Shown here: one piece after another, positions 1-13,149 of the stretch
Layout of the letters: each line of letters starts with the position of its first letter
How positions within the stretch are numbered: the stretch's first letter is position 1
DNA from: Leucoraja erinacea
Lineage: Eukaryota
Reading direction: 5' to 3'
DNA: 64,000 nt
Assembly: GCF_028641065.1 (NCBI RefSeq)
Contig: NC_073410.1
Coordinates: 310,001 to 374,000 of the forward strand
The notes under the pieces: generated by a model
What the model saw: the letters and a program-made list of their open reading frames with translations, nothing else
Databases searched by the model: none
What the model was told of the DNA's origin: nothing
Position numbers and translations under genes: made by a program

Positions 1-7
1 GCAATTG

Positions 8-207
8 CCTGACCGCCCTGACGCGGGGGGCCTGACCGCCCTGACACGGGGGGCCTGACCGCCCTGACACGGGGGGCCTGACCGCCCTGACACGGGGGGG
101 CCTGACCGCCCTGACACGGGGTGGCCTGACCGCCCTGACACGGGGGGGCCTGACCGCGGGCTACGGGGGGCCTGACCGCCCTGACGCGGGGTGGCCTGAC
201 CGCGGGC
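8..207. repeat. GC-rich minisatellite, ~27-29 bp unit (CCTGACCGCCCTGACACGGGGGGG), about 7 copies
   Basis: Tandem units visible directly; adjoins the retroelement-like tail at 208-455. Confidence 0.9.
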
Positions 208-455
208 TACGGGAGCCAAGATCGTCCAGGTGACCAACCGCAGGAGAACAAAGAAGGGAAGAGATTGAACTTGTTTTTTTCGCCTTCCATCACAGTGAGG
301 AATGTGGAGGAGTCACTGTGGTGGATGATTATGTTAAAATGTATTTTGTGTGTCTTGTTGCTTTTTATTGGTGTGACTGTATGGCAAATCAAATTCCTCG
401 TATGTTGCAAAACATACTTGGCTAATAAAGTCTGATTATGATTATGATTATTGTG
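208..455 (+). mobile_element. 3' end of an interspersed non-LTR-type repeat (stem-loop, AATAAA, (GATTAT)n tail)
   Basis: GCCTTCCATCACAGTGAGGA...TGTG(G/A)TGGATG block recurs at ~56277 and ~60851; ends in AATAAA plus a short tandem tail. Confidence 0.6.
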
Positions 456-618
456 ATAAGTGGTAAAATGCCCCAAATAACCTAAAAATAGACACACAGT
501 GCTGGCGTAACATTTTTTTAGCAGTTACTTCTTTCTACAGGTCCTCGTGTCTCTAAATAACCTGCATTTGCTTTTGTTTCTGTATTCTCATTAATGGCAT
601 TTTCTATGATCCTTACAG

Positions 619-850
619 GCTACTTACTTTCAAGGCAAGAAGGGCAGGCAGGATCACCTGAAAAACCCCTGTCTGACTTGGGACGACTTTCATATCTAGC
701 ATATTGGAAGAGCGTGATACTAGAATATCTGCAACGTCATCAGGACAAACAAATCAGTATCAAGGGTATTAGTAGGGAAACGGGAATGTGTCCACATGAC
801 ATTGCAATGACCCTGCAGCAGCTAAAGATGATCGACAAACAGCAATGCAA
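619..850 (+). CDS. KAT6B: KAT6B (MORF/MYST4) histone acetyltransferase, internal exon, C-terminal part of the MYST domain
   Basis: [37 protein letters not shown] matches KAT6B; CAG acceptor at 616-618, GTAGGT donor at 851. Upstream exons lie outside the window. Confidence 0.95.
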
Positions 851-2122
851 GTAGGTATCATATGGAAATTCTTAGGTATGTTTTTGACAAACCTCACGTG
901 CTGGCACTATTTCCCGATTCTTAAATTTATCAAGTGTCTGGCAATCGCATCTTGTTCAATTTGTATTTTGGGATATTTGCAGACTTCAGCTTACATATTC
1001 TCTATCTGATAGACCTCCACAGAATGAAGTGGTTATTATTACAATAAAGTTGTGTATGTTGAAGAAGTTGACTATTAAAAAGATATGATTTCACTGGCTA
1101 TTTGAGAGAATTCTAATGGGTTTGCAACTTGCTCTTTTCCCTGAAGAACTGCAAATGAGAATTCCCACTGCCTCCTCCAGCGGTTTCCCATAGATGCCAA
1201 GGATTGAAGAGCTGCTAAAACAGATCTCTCAGAGAATCCTGGCAAATGTACTTTTAGGCTGCAACCAACACCATGAATTCTGAACAAAAGCCTGCACTAT
1301 AACCATAGTCTGAGTGTAAGTTAGAAACGTTATGTGAAGTATATTAGGCTGTTTGAGCCACCCAACAAAGTTTTTATTAATAGTTTCACTATTTGTCCAC
1401 TAATATATATTTTTACAGCTGGTAGCTACATTTTCCTGGTGACCTCACGCAGTCTATTGTAAAGACTCTTCAGACTCTTTTGGATTCATGGTACACAGTT
1501 ATTGAGCTGCAGTATGGACTGTAGACACAAAATGCTGGAGTAACTCAGCGGGACAGGCAGCATCTCTGGAGAGAGAATGGGTGACGTTTCGGGTCGAGAC
1601 CCTTCTTCTGACTGAAATATGGGCTTTTGTTTCTGCACAACTGCTACCTGGCCAATTGAGTGTTGCCAACATTTTCTGCTGTTATTACTACTTTAATAAT
1701 GCTCAACATAAAATTCCAGCTGTTAAAAGAAATTGTATGAGCAATCAGTTGTTGGGACAAATGGGTTGCCTAACAAAAAGTATATTGAACTGTTATGGTG
1801 TCTTTTACGGATGGAAAGGTACAAAATCACTGATTTTGACATAAACCTTGGATTTGGAAGCATGACATAGGTAAGAAGTAGTGTTGCATCTCACCACAAA
1901 GACAAATGTAGAAGGGGATTTTTGTATGAATGAGCCAAGGAGTTTACATAATTGCAACCATGGGATTGTTTGTCATACAGGTTGCTTCTTTGAGATCAAA
2001 GGAAAATCCTCTCCCGATACCCTTCCTAGTCTGATAAGTTACTGCGAACCCTACTTGGTGAGTTATTTGATGAATTAACACAAACTGATGAGCAATGATG
2101 TAAACTGCATTTCATTTTGTAG

Positions 2123-2282
2123 GTTTGTTATTATCCGGAGACAAAAACTCCTTCAGGAACATGTGGGGAAGCTGAATACCACTCCACGGGCCAATAAAGT
2201 GGACCAGGAAAGCCTGCGGTGGACTCCTCTGGTCGCTCCCAGTACTGTTGCTTCAGAAGAGGAAATGGAGGCTGAAAAAGAG
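2123..2282 (+). CDS. KAT6B: KAT6B internal exon
   Basis: FVIIRRQKLL...SLRWTP...EEEMEAEKE; TTTTGTAG acceptor, GTATTT donor; phase fits the previous exon. Confidence 0.93.
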
Positions 2283-4679
2283 GTATTTTCAGTGAAGAAA
2301 GATTAGATTATGGTACTAAAATGTATTGCATTACAGGTTCTATTTTAAAAGATTTTATTTCACGTTTAATTTAAGATATTCAGTGATATGTTTGTAACAA
2401 ACACTTCTCTGACCTTTACTTCACATGTTATAGTCATGAATGTAAAGAAAAGGTAAAATTGTCCTGCACATTTCCTTTAAGCGTTGCCCCTCTCACCTCA
2501 AAGCTATGTCCTCTAGTATTTGGTTTTCCTCCTGGAAGACATTGTTTGGCCGAAGGGTCTGTTCCTGTGCAGCAGTGTTCTGTGTTCTGTAGCAGGCGGC
2601 TGCGAAACGTCAGCAATTCCTTCTCTCTATAGATGCTGCCTCACCCGTTGAGTTATCCAGCATTTTGTGTCTACCTTCGATTTACCAGCACCTGCAGTTC
2701 TTTCTTAAACACAACAGTTGTGATAAATATCTGGACACAGAATAGGGAGAGAGCAAACAGGTTCAACAGTTATTGTATTGAATGGCAGAGTAGAGCAGGG
2801 CCTGGTGCATTTTCCCCACCCTTATTTTCTATGTAATCTCTTCCAGATGATTAAGAATTATTGTACCAGATATGAAAGTGGAGCATGTAATTTATGGTAA
2901 CACTAACTTATGAGGTTCATGGATTTGTATTGATGCATGAAAATCAGATTCTGTGACTGCATGTGACTGACAAACATCATTGAATCAGATCTTATGATTT
3001 TTTTCTTGTGATATTTGTAATTCAATTTATTCTCTGTGAAAAGCAGAACTCATTGGCCTTGTCTTTATGTGATGGCTGAAATAGTTTCACCACCTGGTCT
3101 AGTTCATGTGACAGCCTTCATGTTAATATGAGCTCTTTGCTCTGCAACACATGATCATCCTCTCATTTCTTAATGGTTTAATTCTGTTCTGGTGGTTGAT
3201 ACCCTTTGGCTATATGCATGTTCCATTACATTTGTCGCTATTATATTTCTTAAAATAGCAACAGTTAAGAAGAAACTTAAAATGGAAAACTGCAGTTATT
3301 ATAAATATGGAAAGCCATGATTTTTTTAATCAAAGAGTTGCTTTTTTAATGGAATTATTTTTTTGAAGTACATTATATACCCTGACTAGGATGACATCGA
3401 CCCTTCTGGTGTGTCAACATCCCAAACCATCTGCGTAATCCATTATAAGCACAAAATGGCATCTGGGGAAATGGCAATATCTAGACATTAACACCTCATC
3501 TCAAAGAGTGGCAGATCTGTTAGTCACACAGTTTGTTGAATTGAAAGGCACTGGATGTAGCATGAAATACATCTCGTGACATAAATCACAGCTCAGCTGT
3601 TGAGCTTTACTTCTGGCAAATGTATTTGAGTTTCTCTGACAAAATTAGTATTCACGTTGTCCACTTGTAACATTTTGTGAAAGCCCATCTTCAGGCAAAA
3701 CTGTCACCCGACCTCCTGTTATCATGTGTTTGTTCTAAATCTCCCTCTGGATTGATTCAAGATTTTTGTTTAATTATTTGAATTTGTCTACCTTTAATGT
3801 TCTATTTAATTAACAAATAATCCTGACCAAATACTTTTGGCCTACACAGTCTGAAGATGGGTCCCAACCTAAAACATTGTCTGTCCATTTCCTTCCGCAG
3901 ATTCTGCCTGACCCGCTGGGTTCAGCAGTTTGTGCAAAATGTGGCTTGTAGTAACACCTTCTTGATATGCTGGGGTAGTGGTGATTGTTGTTAAGGGCAA
4001 CATTAGGCCAAGTATCAGAATTACAGTTTCCCCCAACAGTCTGGTTTGCTCAGAGATAACTAGAGAGACGGCCATGAAACACTGTATGTATTCCTGTGTA
4101 TGGTGCTTTCCACTGAATACAAACTTCAGACAAAACTGGAAATACCCCATATATCAGACCCTGTGAAGAAACTCAGTCTTAGTATTTCCTGGAGTCTGAA
4201 GAAGGTTCCTGACCCGAAACGTCACCCATCCTTTTTCTCCAGAGACGCTGCCTGAACCGCTGAGTTACTCTAGTACTGTGATGTGATGGGGTGGAGGGCA
4301 GGAGAGGTTGAATGATGAGTGGTGATACCAACTGAAGAGTGAGGTTGAAGCTAGTGAATAATGAATGGGTTCTCGAGGCAAAGGGAACTGAGCGATAGTA
4401 AATACCACCTGTAATTACCAAAAGATGAAGTCCAGAGGGATGGGAAGGTAGAATAGAATTGAGGTTGAATGGCAGCAATTAATGGTAGTGTGTGGGAGAG
4501 GGATTAGATGGGAATTGGGGAAAGGGTGGAATTGGAAGAGAACCTCATAGGTGAGAACCTTGTAGGGCATGGAATGTTGAAGATGTACCATGTCCAGCAA
4601 GGATGGGAAGAGAAGGATACTTTAGAGGCAGGTTGAAGGATGTATTGAAGAAAACCAGTAGGGGAGTGCGAGGGGGAAA

Positions 4680-4855
4680 CATAGAAATATAGAAAAATGG
4701 GTGCAGGAGTAAGCCATGCGGCACTTTGAGCCAGCACTGACATTCAATATGATCATGGCTGATCATCTAAAATCAATACCCCGTTCCTGCTTTTCCCCAT
4801 ATCCCTTGATTCCTTTAGACGGAAGAGCTAAATCTAACTCTCTCTTGAAGACATC
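4680..4855 (-). mobile_element. CR1-like LINE 3' tail fragment
   Basis: Reverse complement of the GATCAGCCATGATC...GAATG...TACTCCTGCACC tail also seen at 29150-29240 and 54362-54532. Confidence 0.7.
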
Positions 4856-5850
4856 ACCACTGAGGAGGTAATTTTGGATGGGGAACAACATTGATAAGGA
4901 TATCACAAGGGAGTTTTTAGGATAATCACTTAATTCTGATTTGCTTGAAGAAAAAATTGTTTGAAAGAATTTGGATACCTCAAATGTGGCAGCAGTGACC
5001 AAGATAGTTATGCCATGTTAATTAATACTCAAATAGGCCCTCACCAACGGGAGGCCCACTTCAGGGGACAAGACCATGTAGATGGTAAGCTTGTGTTTGC
5101 ATCATTAAAATGAATATAGAGCATCATTTAATGCTATTGCAAAAGCCCAACACAGAGTTGCAATCTGATGAATGTTCAGTGCATTAACATTTTAATTATC
5201 TCATTCAGCTTTTGGACAATTCTTCTGTGACTGTTGACAGGAGTATGGAGCTTGTCACTGTGTACATAATGAAAATGAGAGCCTCCACTTTAAATCTTGG
5301 CAATACAGCTAAATAAAAATAAAAATATATATATATTCTGCGTTTTGTTGAATAAACCCTCCACACATTCACCTAAAATTAAATACCTCAACGTATTGCA
5401 CAGTTCATATGTTTAAAGAAATGTCCATCCCATTCCAAAGTGCCACACAATTGCTGTCACAATATTGCAATAAACCATCACAATGAAGTGAGGTAGGTAG
5501 TGAGATCTGACCCACTGTAGTAACATTGGTCAAGCCAGTGGAGTCAATTCATTTGGTTTAAGTGGTGCATGTAGAAGGTAGTCAGGATTTATAAAAGAGC
5601 AGAAGCCAAACTGCTGGAGGAACTATTTAAGAACTCATTTCAGATAAGTAATTTTAAGTAAAGTGCTATATTGTTCACCTCCACCTGGATTGTTGCTTCA
5701 GATTTCCTGGCTAGGTCTTGAACCTGCGAACTCAGTTGTGTGCCTCTACTTAACTGAGAAACTGAAGTAATTGTCTTTAAATAATTGAATATTCTTGACG
5801 AGTGCCATATGTTTGACCCACCAATGGCATGTGCTGTAGGGCAAACCTTG

Positions 5851-6950
5851 GCTATCTGGACTACACCTCTCCCCACCCTGCTTCCTGTAAGGACTCCATC
5901 CCCTACTCCCAATTCCTCCGCCTACGCCGCATCTGCTCCCAGGATGATGCATTCCACACCAGGGCATCTGAAATGTCCTAATTCTTCAGGGAACGGGGGT
6001 TCCCCTCCTCCACCATAGATGAGGCTCGCACCAGGGTCTCTTCCATACCCCGCAACACTGCTCTCTCTCCACATCCCCGCACTCGCAACAAGGGCAGAGT
6101 CCCCCTAGTCCTCACCTTTCACCCCACCAGCCATCACATACAACAAATAATCCGCCGTCATTTTTGCCACCTCCAACGTGACCCCACCACTCGCCACATC
6201 TTCCCATCTCCCCCCCATGTCTACCTTCCGCAAAGACCACTCCCTCCGCAACTCCCTTGTCAATTCTTCCCTTCCCTCCCGTACCACCCCCTCCCCGGGC
6301 ACTTTCCGTTGCAACCGCAAGAGATGCAACACTTGTCCCTTTACCTCCCCCCTCGATTCCATTCGAGGACCCAAGCAGTCGTTCCAGGTGCGACAGAGGT
6401 TCACCTGTATCTCCTCCAACCTCATCTACTGCATCCGCTGCTCTAGGTGTCAGCTGATCTACATCGGTGAGACTAAGCCGAGGTTGGGCGATCGCTTCGC
6501 CGAACACCTCCACTCGGTCCACAAGAACCTACCTGAACTCCCGGTGGCTCAGCACTTCAACTCCTCCTCCCATTCCCAATTCGACCTCTCTGTCCTGGGT
6601 CTCCTCCATTGCCAGAGTGAGCAACACCGGAAATTGGAGGAACAGCACCTCATATTTCGCCTGGGGTGTCTGCATCCTGCGGGCATGAACATTGAATTCT
6701 CCCAATTTTGTTAGCCCTTGCTGCCTCCTCCCCTTCCTCAGTCCTTGGGCTGTCTCCTCCCATCCCCCAGCCCTCGGGCTCCTCCTCTTTTTCCTTCCTT
6801 CTCCCCGCCATCCCCTATCAGTCTGAAGAAGGATTTCGGCCCGAAACGTTACCTATTTCCTTCGCTCCACAGATGCTGCTGCACCCGCTGAGTTTCTCCA
6901 GCATTTTTGTGTACCTTCGATTTTCCAGCATCTGCAGTTTCTTCTTGAAC
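5851..6950 (+). mobile_element. 5'-truncated Penelope-like retroelement: RT C-terminus/linker, Cys-rich motif, GIY-YIG endonuclease, then terminal repeat with hammerhead motif
   Basis: YLDYTSPHPASCKDSIPYSQFLRLRRICS from ~5852; ORF 6178-6714 contains CNRKRCNTC and LIYCIRCSRCQLIYIGET...RFAEH...VAQHFN; CTGAAGA...GAAAC at 6823-6847. Confidence 0.9.
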
Positions 6951-7154
6951 TTTTTAACCTATTCACTGGTTATGTACAACTCCAAATGTTCCATGACAAA
7001 TTCTCAGGCTGTTCAATGTCATTTTTAGAACAAGCTGCTGCCAGATTCAGTTTGGGACAATTTCATTAAAAAGGCAGATAGTTGAATTTGACTCAATCCT
7101 TCGGTGATGGAGGTTAATAATTGCAGACTTTTTTTTCTCTACTTTCAAATTCAG

Positions 7155-7418
7155 GCTGAGCAACTGATGGAGCAAGCTAGTTGCTGGGAGAAGGAACAGG
7201 AGCAGTGTGCTGAAATGCAGACCGATAAGCATTCAGTAAATAATGCAACGTGTAAAAATAGATTTACACAGTCTGTGTGTCCACCTGCCAACAGTGAATT
7301 GATAATGGAGCCTCCAAATGAAGTCAGCGAAGAGGAATACGAGGATGAGAATGATGAGACGCAGCCCTGTCCATCGCCAGACACAGCAAAGTCATTGGCT
7401 AGGGGGCCAAAGAGAAAG
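7155..7418 (+). CDS. KAT6B: KAT6B internal exon
   Basis: AEQLMEQASCWEKEQE...GPKRK; TTCAG acceptor, GTGAGC donor, phase 0. Confidence 0.92.
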
Positions 7419-8814
7419 GTGAGCTAAAAGGAAGAAGCATGTTCCCCAGTTATTCACATTTAATTAAACTCATTTTATACCTTCCAGAATGTCTGAGATT
7501 GAAAGCTAATCAAATAAATCAGTGTCACCCAAATAATATTTCAATACCAGATCAAACATGTTAATTGGTGTTCAACTGCCGTGCCATGCTCTGTCGTAGA
7601 CCACTGTCAACCAATGATTTGGGCAGACACCTCTGTGCAGCATGGAGGCTGCCAACTTTGACGTGAGAGATTGAATCAAACGCATTGTAAATGCATTAAG
7701 ATTCTGTGGTAATAAGTGGAGGTCTCATTCAGTGTGTGACCAGCCTCATTCTGAACTGACTGACTGGGCAGTTATCACGGATGCTTCTGGAAACTTTTGG
7801 TCTGCAGAAACCTTGCTTTGATGAGAATGTACAAGACATGATTAGTAAGTTTGAATAATCACAGGAAACCATTCATCTGAACATACTTGCTCTGATTTTT
7901 ATTTGATTGTTTTCTATATTTCATTTATTAAAAATCTTTAAGGAAATTATTTTCTATGAATATTGGAAGAATCATTGTAATGCATTTTATCCTCTTAATA
8001 TCAATGCAATAGTGCCCTCTGGTGTATTTTGTTGCGTTTACATGAAAACATAAGAAAATAGGAGTGGGAGCAGACTACCAGATCACTCAGGCTTGTCTCA
8101 CTGTTCAGTATATCATGGCTGTCTGTGCTGGCCTTAACTCTTTTGTGTCAATTCCCCATAACCATCAATTCCTTAATCTTTCAAATATTTATCCATCTCC
8201 ACGTTACATTTATCTAATGATTCGGCCAACAGCCTTCGGGGGCAAAGTTCCACTACCCTCTGAGAGAAAGAAATGTATGCATACTGTACTTCAGTTTTAA
8301 ATGAATGGCCAACATTTTGTAGCTATGGGCCCTTGATTGTGACTATATTGCTTGTGAAAACATTTTGACCTGGTGTGTTGAGACCTTTACAAACGTGTGT
8401 GGTTAACTAAGGTCACCCCACTTTAAAACTCCAAAGAATAAAAACACAAACTGTCCAACCTCTCTTCATAGGACCACCATCACATCCCACAATTAGCCAG
8501 GTGAATCTTCTTTGGACCAACTCCAATGCTAACATAGTCTTTTTTTTAGGTAGGGAGCCAAAATTGTGCACTATATTCCAGGTGTAGCCTCACAAACATG
8601 CTAGACCTCCTCAACCCCAGCCCTTTGCAATAAAGCCTAGTATACTGTTTCCCTACATGTGGGACCTGCCTGCTAACATGTGATTCATGTGCTAGAACAC
8701 CAAGGTTTCTCTGAATCAATCTGAGTTAGGTCATTAAGATGTCTGGACCTTCCTCAAAAATAAAAGATAATTTTGTTTTCTTTAATGATAATCACCCAAC
8801 ACTCATGTGCATCA

Positions 8815-8815
<1 letters not shown>

Positions 8816-8870
<55 letters not shown>

Positions 8871-8892
8871 ACCCCCCCCCCCCCCCCCCCCC
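8816..8892. repeat. Poly(C) tract, ~77 nt with one interruption
   Basis: Seen directly. Confidence 0.9.
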
Positions 8893-10012
8893 ACTGTCAG
8901 GGACACACAGGAGCCAATTAAGCTATTTCAAATAACTTTACAATGCCTTTATCTCAGAAAAATCTATTGTTCTCTGTCTTAAGCTTCAATAGTTTTGATA
9001 TATGTAACCTTTTGGTTCATTTCCCCTGAAGAAGACATATATAAAGATGATATAAACTAATTGTATTTACCCCTTTAACCTCCTAGAATCATTCTGATCT
9101 ATTTGGGTTATCCTTTTAGAGCACACTATCCAAAACTGTACATCAATCAAGGTGTTGTGTTCAGGGCTCGGTACAAATGAAACCCAACCCATTATTTCTG
9201 TATTCCAAGGCTGTTGACATAAAGCCCAAATTCCAATTGACATTTTTATTGCATTTTCTAACTGTTCAAGCACTTTAATTGATGTGTAAATGTGGATTTA
9301 TATATATAGATTATGCAAATCTATCTTTCTCCTCAACAATGAATACACTGTGCTGCGACCAGGTTTAATCCTGACCTCCAGTGCTCTCTGTATAGAGTTT
9401 GTACGTTGTCTCCGTAGCCGCGTGGGTTTCCTCTTAGGGCTCTGGTTGTATTGGTTGAAAAGTACATTGGCCACTTTACATTGCCCCAAATGTGCATAAA
9501 GGAGGTAGAATCTGTGGGGAGTTGATGGGAATGAGGAGGGAATATATTGGGCTTAGTGTAAAAGGGTAACTGATGGTTGATGCTGAGCCAAAGGGGCTCA
9601 GGACATGTGTCAGTAACTCTATAAATGATTATCGTCCTTGGACCCAGACCCAGTGACCTCATATTGGTCATATTGGGGATGATCAGCCATGATCACATTG
9701 AATGGCGGTGCATGCTCGAAGGGCCGAATGGTCTACTCCTGCACCTATTGTCTATTGTCTATTTCTCCGCGGTGAAATTCACTCTTGCACAACATGTAGT
9801 CAGCCTGTCCTAACACACAGCAAGTCAAATCATCAGCAGGTCCCAGGCTGTTCTCAGCAGAAGCATGTAAGTTTTTAAATTGGTCTCATTAATAATCTAT
9901 CCAAAACCTGACTAGAGATAACATGTCACCATTGGTATTTGATGTGTTTAAAAATGTTGGAACTGCAGTGAGTAAAGTGATTATAATGGTTGGAGAACTT
10001 TGGATGTTTCAG

Positions 10013-10322
10013 AGGCTGCTCATACACAGAAAGAAGAGGGGCCGGAAACGGCGGAGACATAACAGCAGCGTTACCACTGAGACCATTTCAGAAACAACTG
10101 AAGTGCTTCATGAAGCCTTTGAGAACTCTGATGATGAGGGTCAAATGCCTTGCTTGGAACCTACTTGTGAAGAAGAGGAGGATTATGATTGTGATGAAGA
10201 AGACAAGAATTTCTTGAGGCATCGCTGTGACAGCTTGGACTTAACAAAGAAGAATCAGTCACATGAAAAAGAAGATTTCTGCAAAAGTGCAGATGAAACT
10301 CCTGAGAAAGAACAGCATACAG
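10013..10322 (+). CDS. KAT6B: KAT6B penultimate coding exon
   Basis: [37 protein letters not shown]; TTTCAG acceptor, G|GTACAA donor. Confidence 0.92.
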
Positions 10323-11584
10323 GTACAAAACTATCATGACTAACTGTTAAATGAATTCTCCATTTTTGGATAATAAATATAAAGACTTTAAACCCAAGGT
10401 TAAAAAGCTGTGAATAGTTGTTGCAGTGAGGACCAGGAGTGGAAGGTCAGTCCGTGACCGCCACTGTGGACATTAGGAAAACAGAGTATCCCCAATGTGA
10501 TGTGAGCTTTACAGGGCCATCTCAGAACTTTCCATCTCAGTTCTTGACCTGTGTGAAGCCTCGTATTTGAGCTGGGTATTTAGCTGCTGTCACTAAGCAG
10601 TTCTGCTTTGAATTTCACATAACAACATTTAGACTAATCCTAAATCAGGAAGCAACTAAATGCAGAGTGTGTCTCTGTTTGAGGCAATCTTTATGCATAT
10701 CTCCATACATTCATCTGGAACCAACCCTGCCTCACCAGTAAAAATATTCTGCCATTTCCATCTGTAGCAAAATAAAAGCAACCCCTGGATATAACCCATC
10801 CCTTTCTATTTCCATAAATATCACCCGAAACACTCAGCAGTTTGGTAGAAACTGTTCTTTGACAATACGGTTTTTGATACTTTCTCAATGTACACAAAAA
10901 TCTAAAATCTCACTGTGATTAGAGTGTGACTCAATACATTGTCTGAACTATATCAATGTGTTCTGTGTGAAATAGGATATGGGTAATGAAGGCATGCCAA
11001 AAGGTGCTTGGATCAGCCCGTTTGTCTGGACATTTACAAACCCTAGTAATTCCAGCAAACCTTTACTTTTATCACTAACATCATTGCATCTTCACCAAGA
11101 CCACAAATTGAGCAGTCCTCCAGAGTTACCATCCTTACACCACTGTTGGGTTCATCTCTGCTCTTTTTAACGTGGACAGTGTATATTATACTGAAAATAT
11201 GGAACTGAATTACAGCGTTCACTGTAAACATAAAATATAGAAGTATGACAGTGGACAGTGTGCTGTTGGTATTACAGTTCTGACATTGTACTAACACGTA
11301 TAAATGTATGATCATGTACATTGTGTGAACAATCTCGAGATGTTTGAAAGTGTGTACTGCACCAATAATGTATAACTGCATTTATCACTGAATTGTAAAC
11401 AAGAGCAGTTCATTTTTAAAAGGATTTTTGTAAAGGCCAATAAAACGGCCTAGATCATAGTTAACCACAGTGCAGACAGGTGCTTTATTTTTATAAAGAT
11501 CATTTATTTCTCAAAGGTATTTTTTATAGAATTAATCTTAAATGCAATAACTGTTCTTTCACTGGATATTCTTTCTTTGATCTA

Positions 11585-13149
11585 CAGTGCCCTCCGTAAT
11601 GTTTGGGACAGGCCCATCATTTATTTATTTGCCCCTGTACTCCACAATTTGAGATTTGTAATAGAAAATATCACATGTGGTTAAAGTGCACATTGTCAGA
11701 TTTTATTAATGGCCATTTTTATACATTTTGGTTTCACCATGTAGAAATTACAGCTGCGTTTATACATAGACCTCCAATTTCAGGGCACCATATGTTTGGG
11801 ACACATGGCTTCACAGGCATTTGTAATTGCTCAGGTGTGTTAAATTGCCTCCTCAATGCAGGTATAAGAGAGCTCTCAGCACCTAGTCTTTCCTCCAGTC
11901 TTTCCATCACCCTTGGAAACTTTTATTGCTGTTTATCAACATGAGGACCAAAGTTGTGCCAATGAAAGTCAAAGAAACCATTATGAGACTGAGATACAAG
12001 AATAAAACTGTTAGAGACATCAGCCAAACCTTAGGCTTACCAAAATCAACTGTTTGGAACATCATTAAGAAGAAAGAGAGCACTGGTGAGCTTACTAATC
12101 ACAAAGGGACAGGCGGGCCAAGAAGGATCTCCACAGCTGATGACAGAAGAATTCTCTCCATTGTAAAGAAAAATCCCCAAACACCTGTCTGACTGGTCAG
12201 AAACACTCTTCAGGAGTCAGGTGTGGATTTGTCAATGACCACTGTCTGCAGAAGACTTCATGAACAGAAATACAGAGGCTACATTGCAAGATGCAAACCA
12301 CTGATTAGCCACAAAAATAGGATGGCCAGGTTACAGTTTGCCAAGAAGTACTTAAAAGAGCAACCACAGTTCTGGAAAAGGTCTTGTGGACAGATGAGAG
12401 AAAGATTAACTTATATCAGAGTGATGGCAAGAGCAAAGTATGGAGGAGAGAAGGAACTGCCCAAGATCCAAAGCATACCATCTCATCTGTGAAACACGGT
12501 GGCAGGGGTGTTATGGCCTGGGCATGTATGGCTGCTGAAGGTACTGGCCCACATCTTCATTGATGATATAACTGCTGATGGTAGTAGCATAATGAATTCT
12601 GAAGTGTATAGACACATCCTATCTGCTCAAGTTCAAACAAATGCCTCAAAAGGAGTTTTTCAAAGCTAAAAAATGGTCAATTCTTCAGTGGCCAAGTCAA
12701 TCACCCAATCTGAACCCAATTGAGCATGCATTTTATATGCTGAAGAGAAAACTGAAGGAGACTAGTCCCCAAAACAAGCAGAAGCTGCAGTACAGGCCTG
12801 GCAGAGCATCACTAGAGGTCACCCAACAACTGGTGATGTCCATGAAGTGCAGACTTCCAAGCAGTCATTGCATGCAAAGTATATGCAACTAAATACTAAA
12901 CATGACTACTTTCATTTACATTACATTGTTGTGTCCCAAACATTATGGTGCTCTGAAATGGGAGGACAATGTAATCTGCTGTAATTTCTACATGGTGAAA
13001 CCAAAATGTATAAAAATGGCCTTTATTAAAATCTGACAATGTGCACTTTAACCACATGTGATGTTTTCTATTACAAATCTCAAATTGTGGAGTAGAGAGG
13101 CAAATAAATAAATCATGGGTCTTTATCCCAAACATTGTGGAGGGCACTA
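11585..13149 (+). mobile_element. Decayed Tc1-like DNA transposon with ~215 bp IR/DR-type terminal inverted repeats
   Basis: TA|CAGTGCCCTCC...GGAGGGCACT ends; ATGTTTGGGAC repeated at 11599 and 11792 and inverted at 12933 and 13125; transposase from ATG 11941 with HTH, stop at 12190, frameshifts, and WPSQSPNLNPIEH. Confidence 0.93.

Noticed and set aside
8739-8982. Poly-proline ORFs
   Set aside because: Produced by an intronic poly(C) tract; length may also be a sequencing artefact
11603-11944. Similar ORFs at 11603 (+) and 12896-13147 (-)
   Set aside because: They are the two inverted terminal repeats of the Tc1 element, not genes
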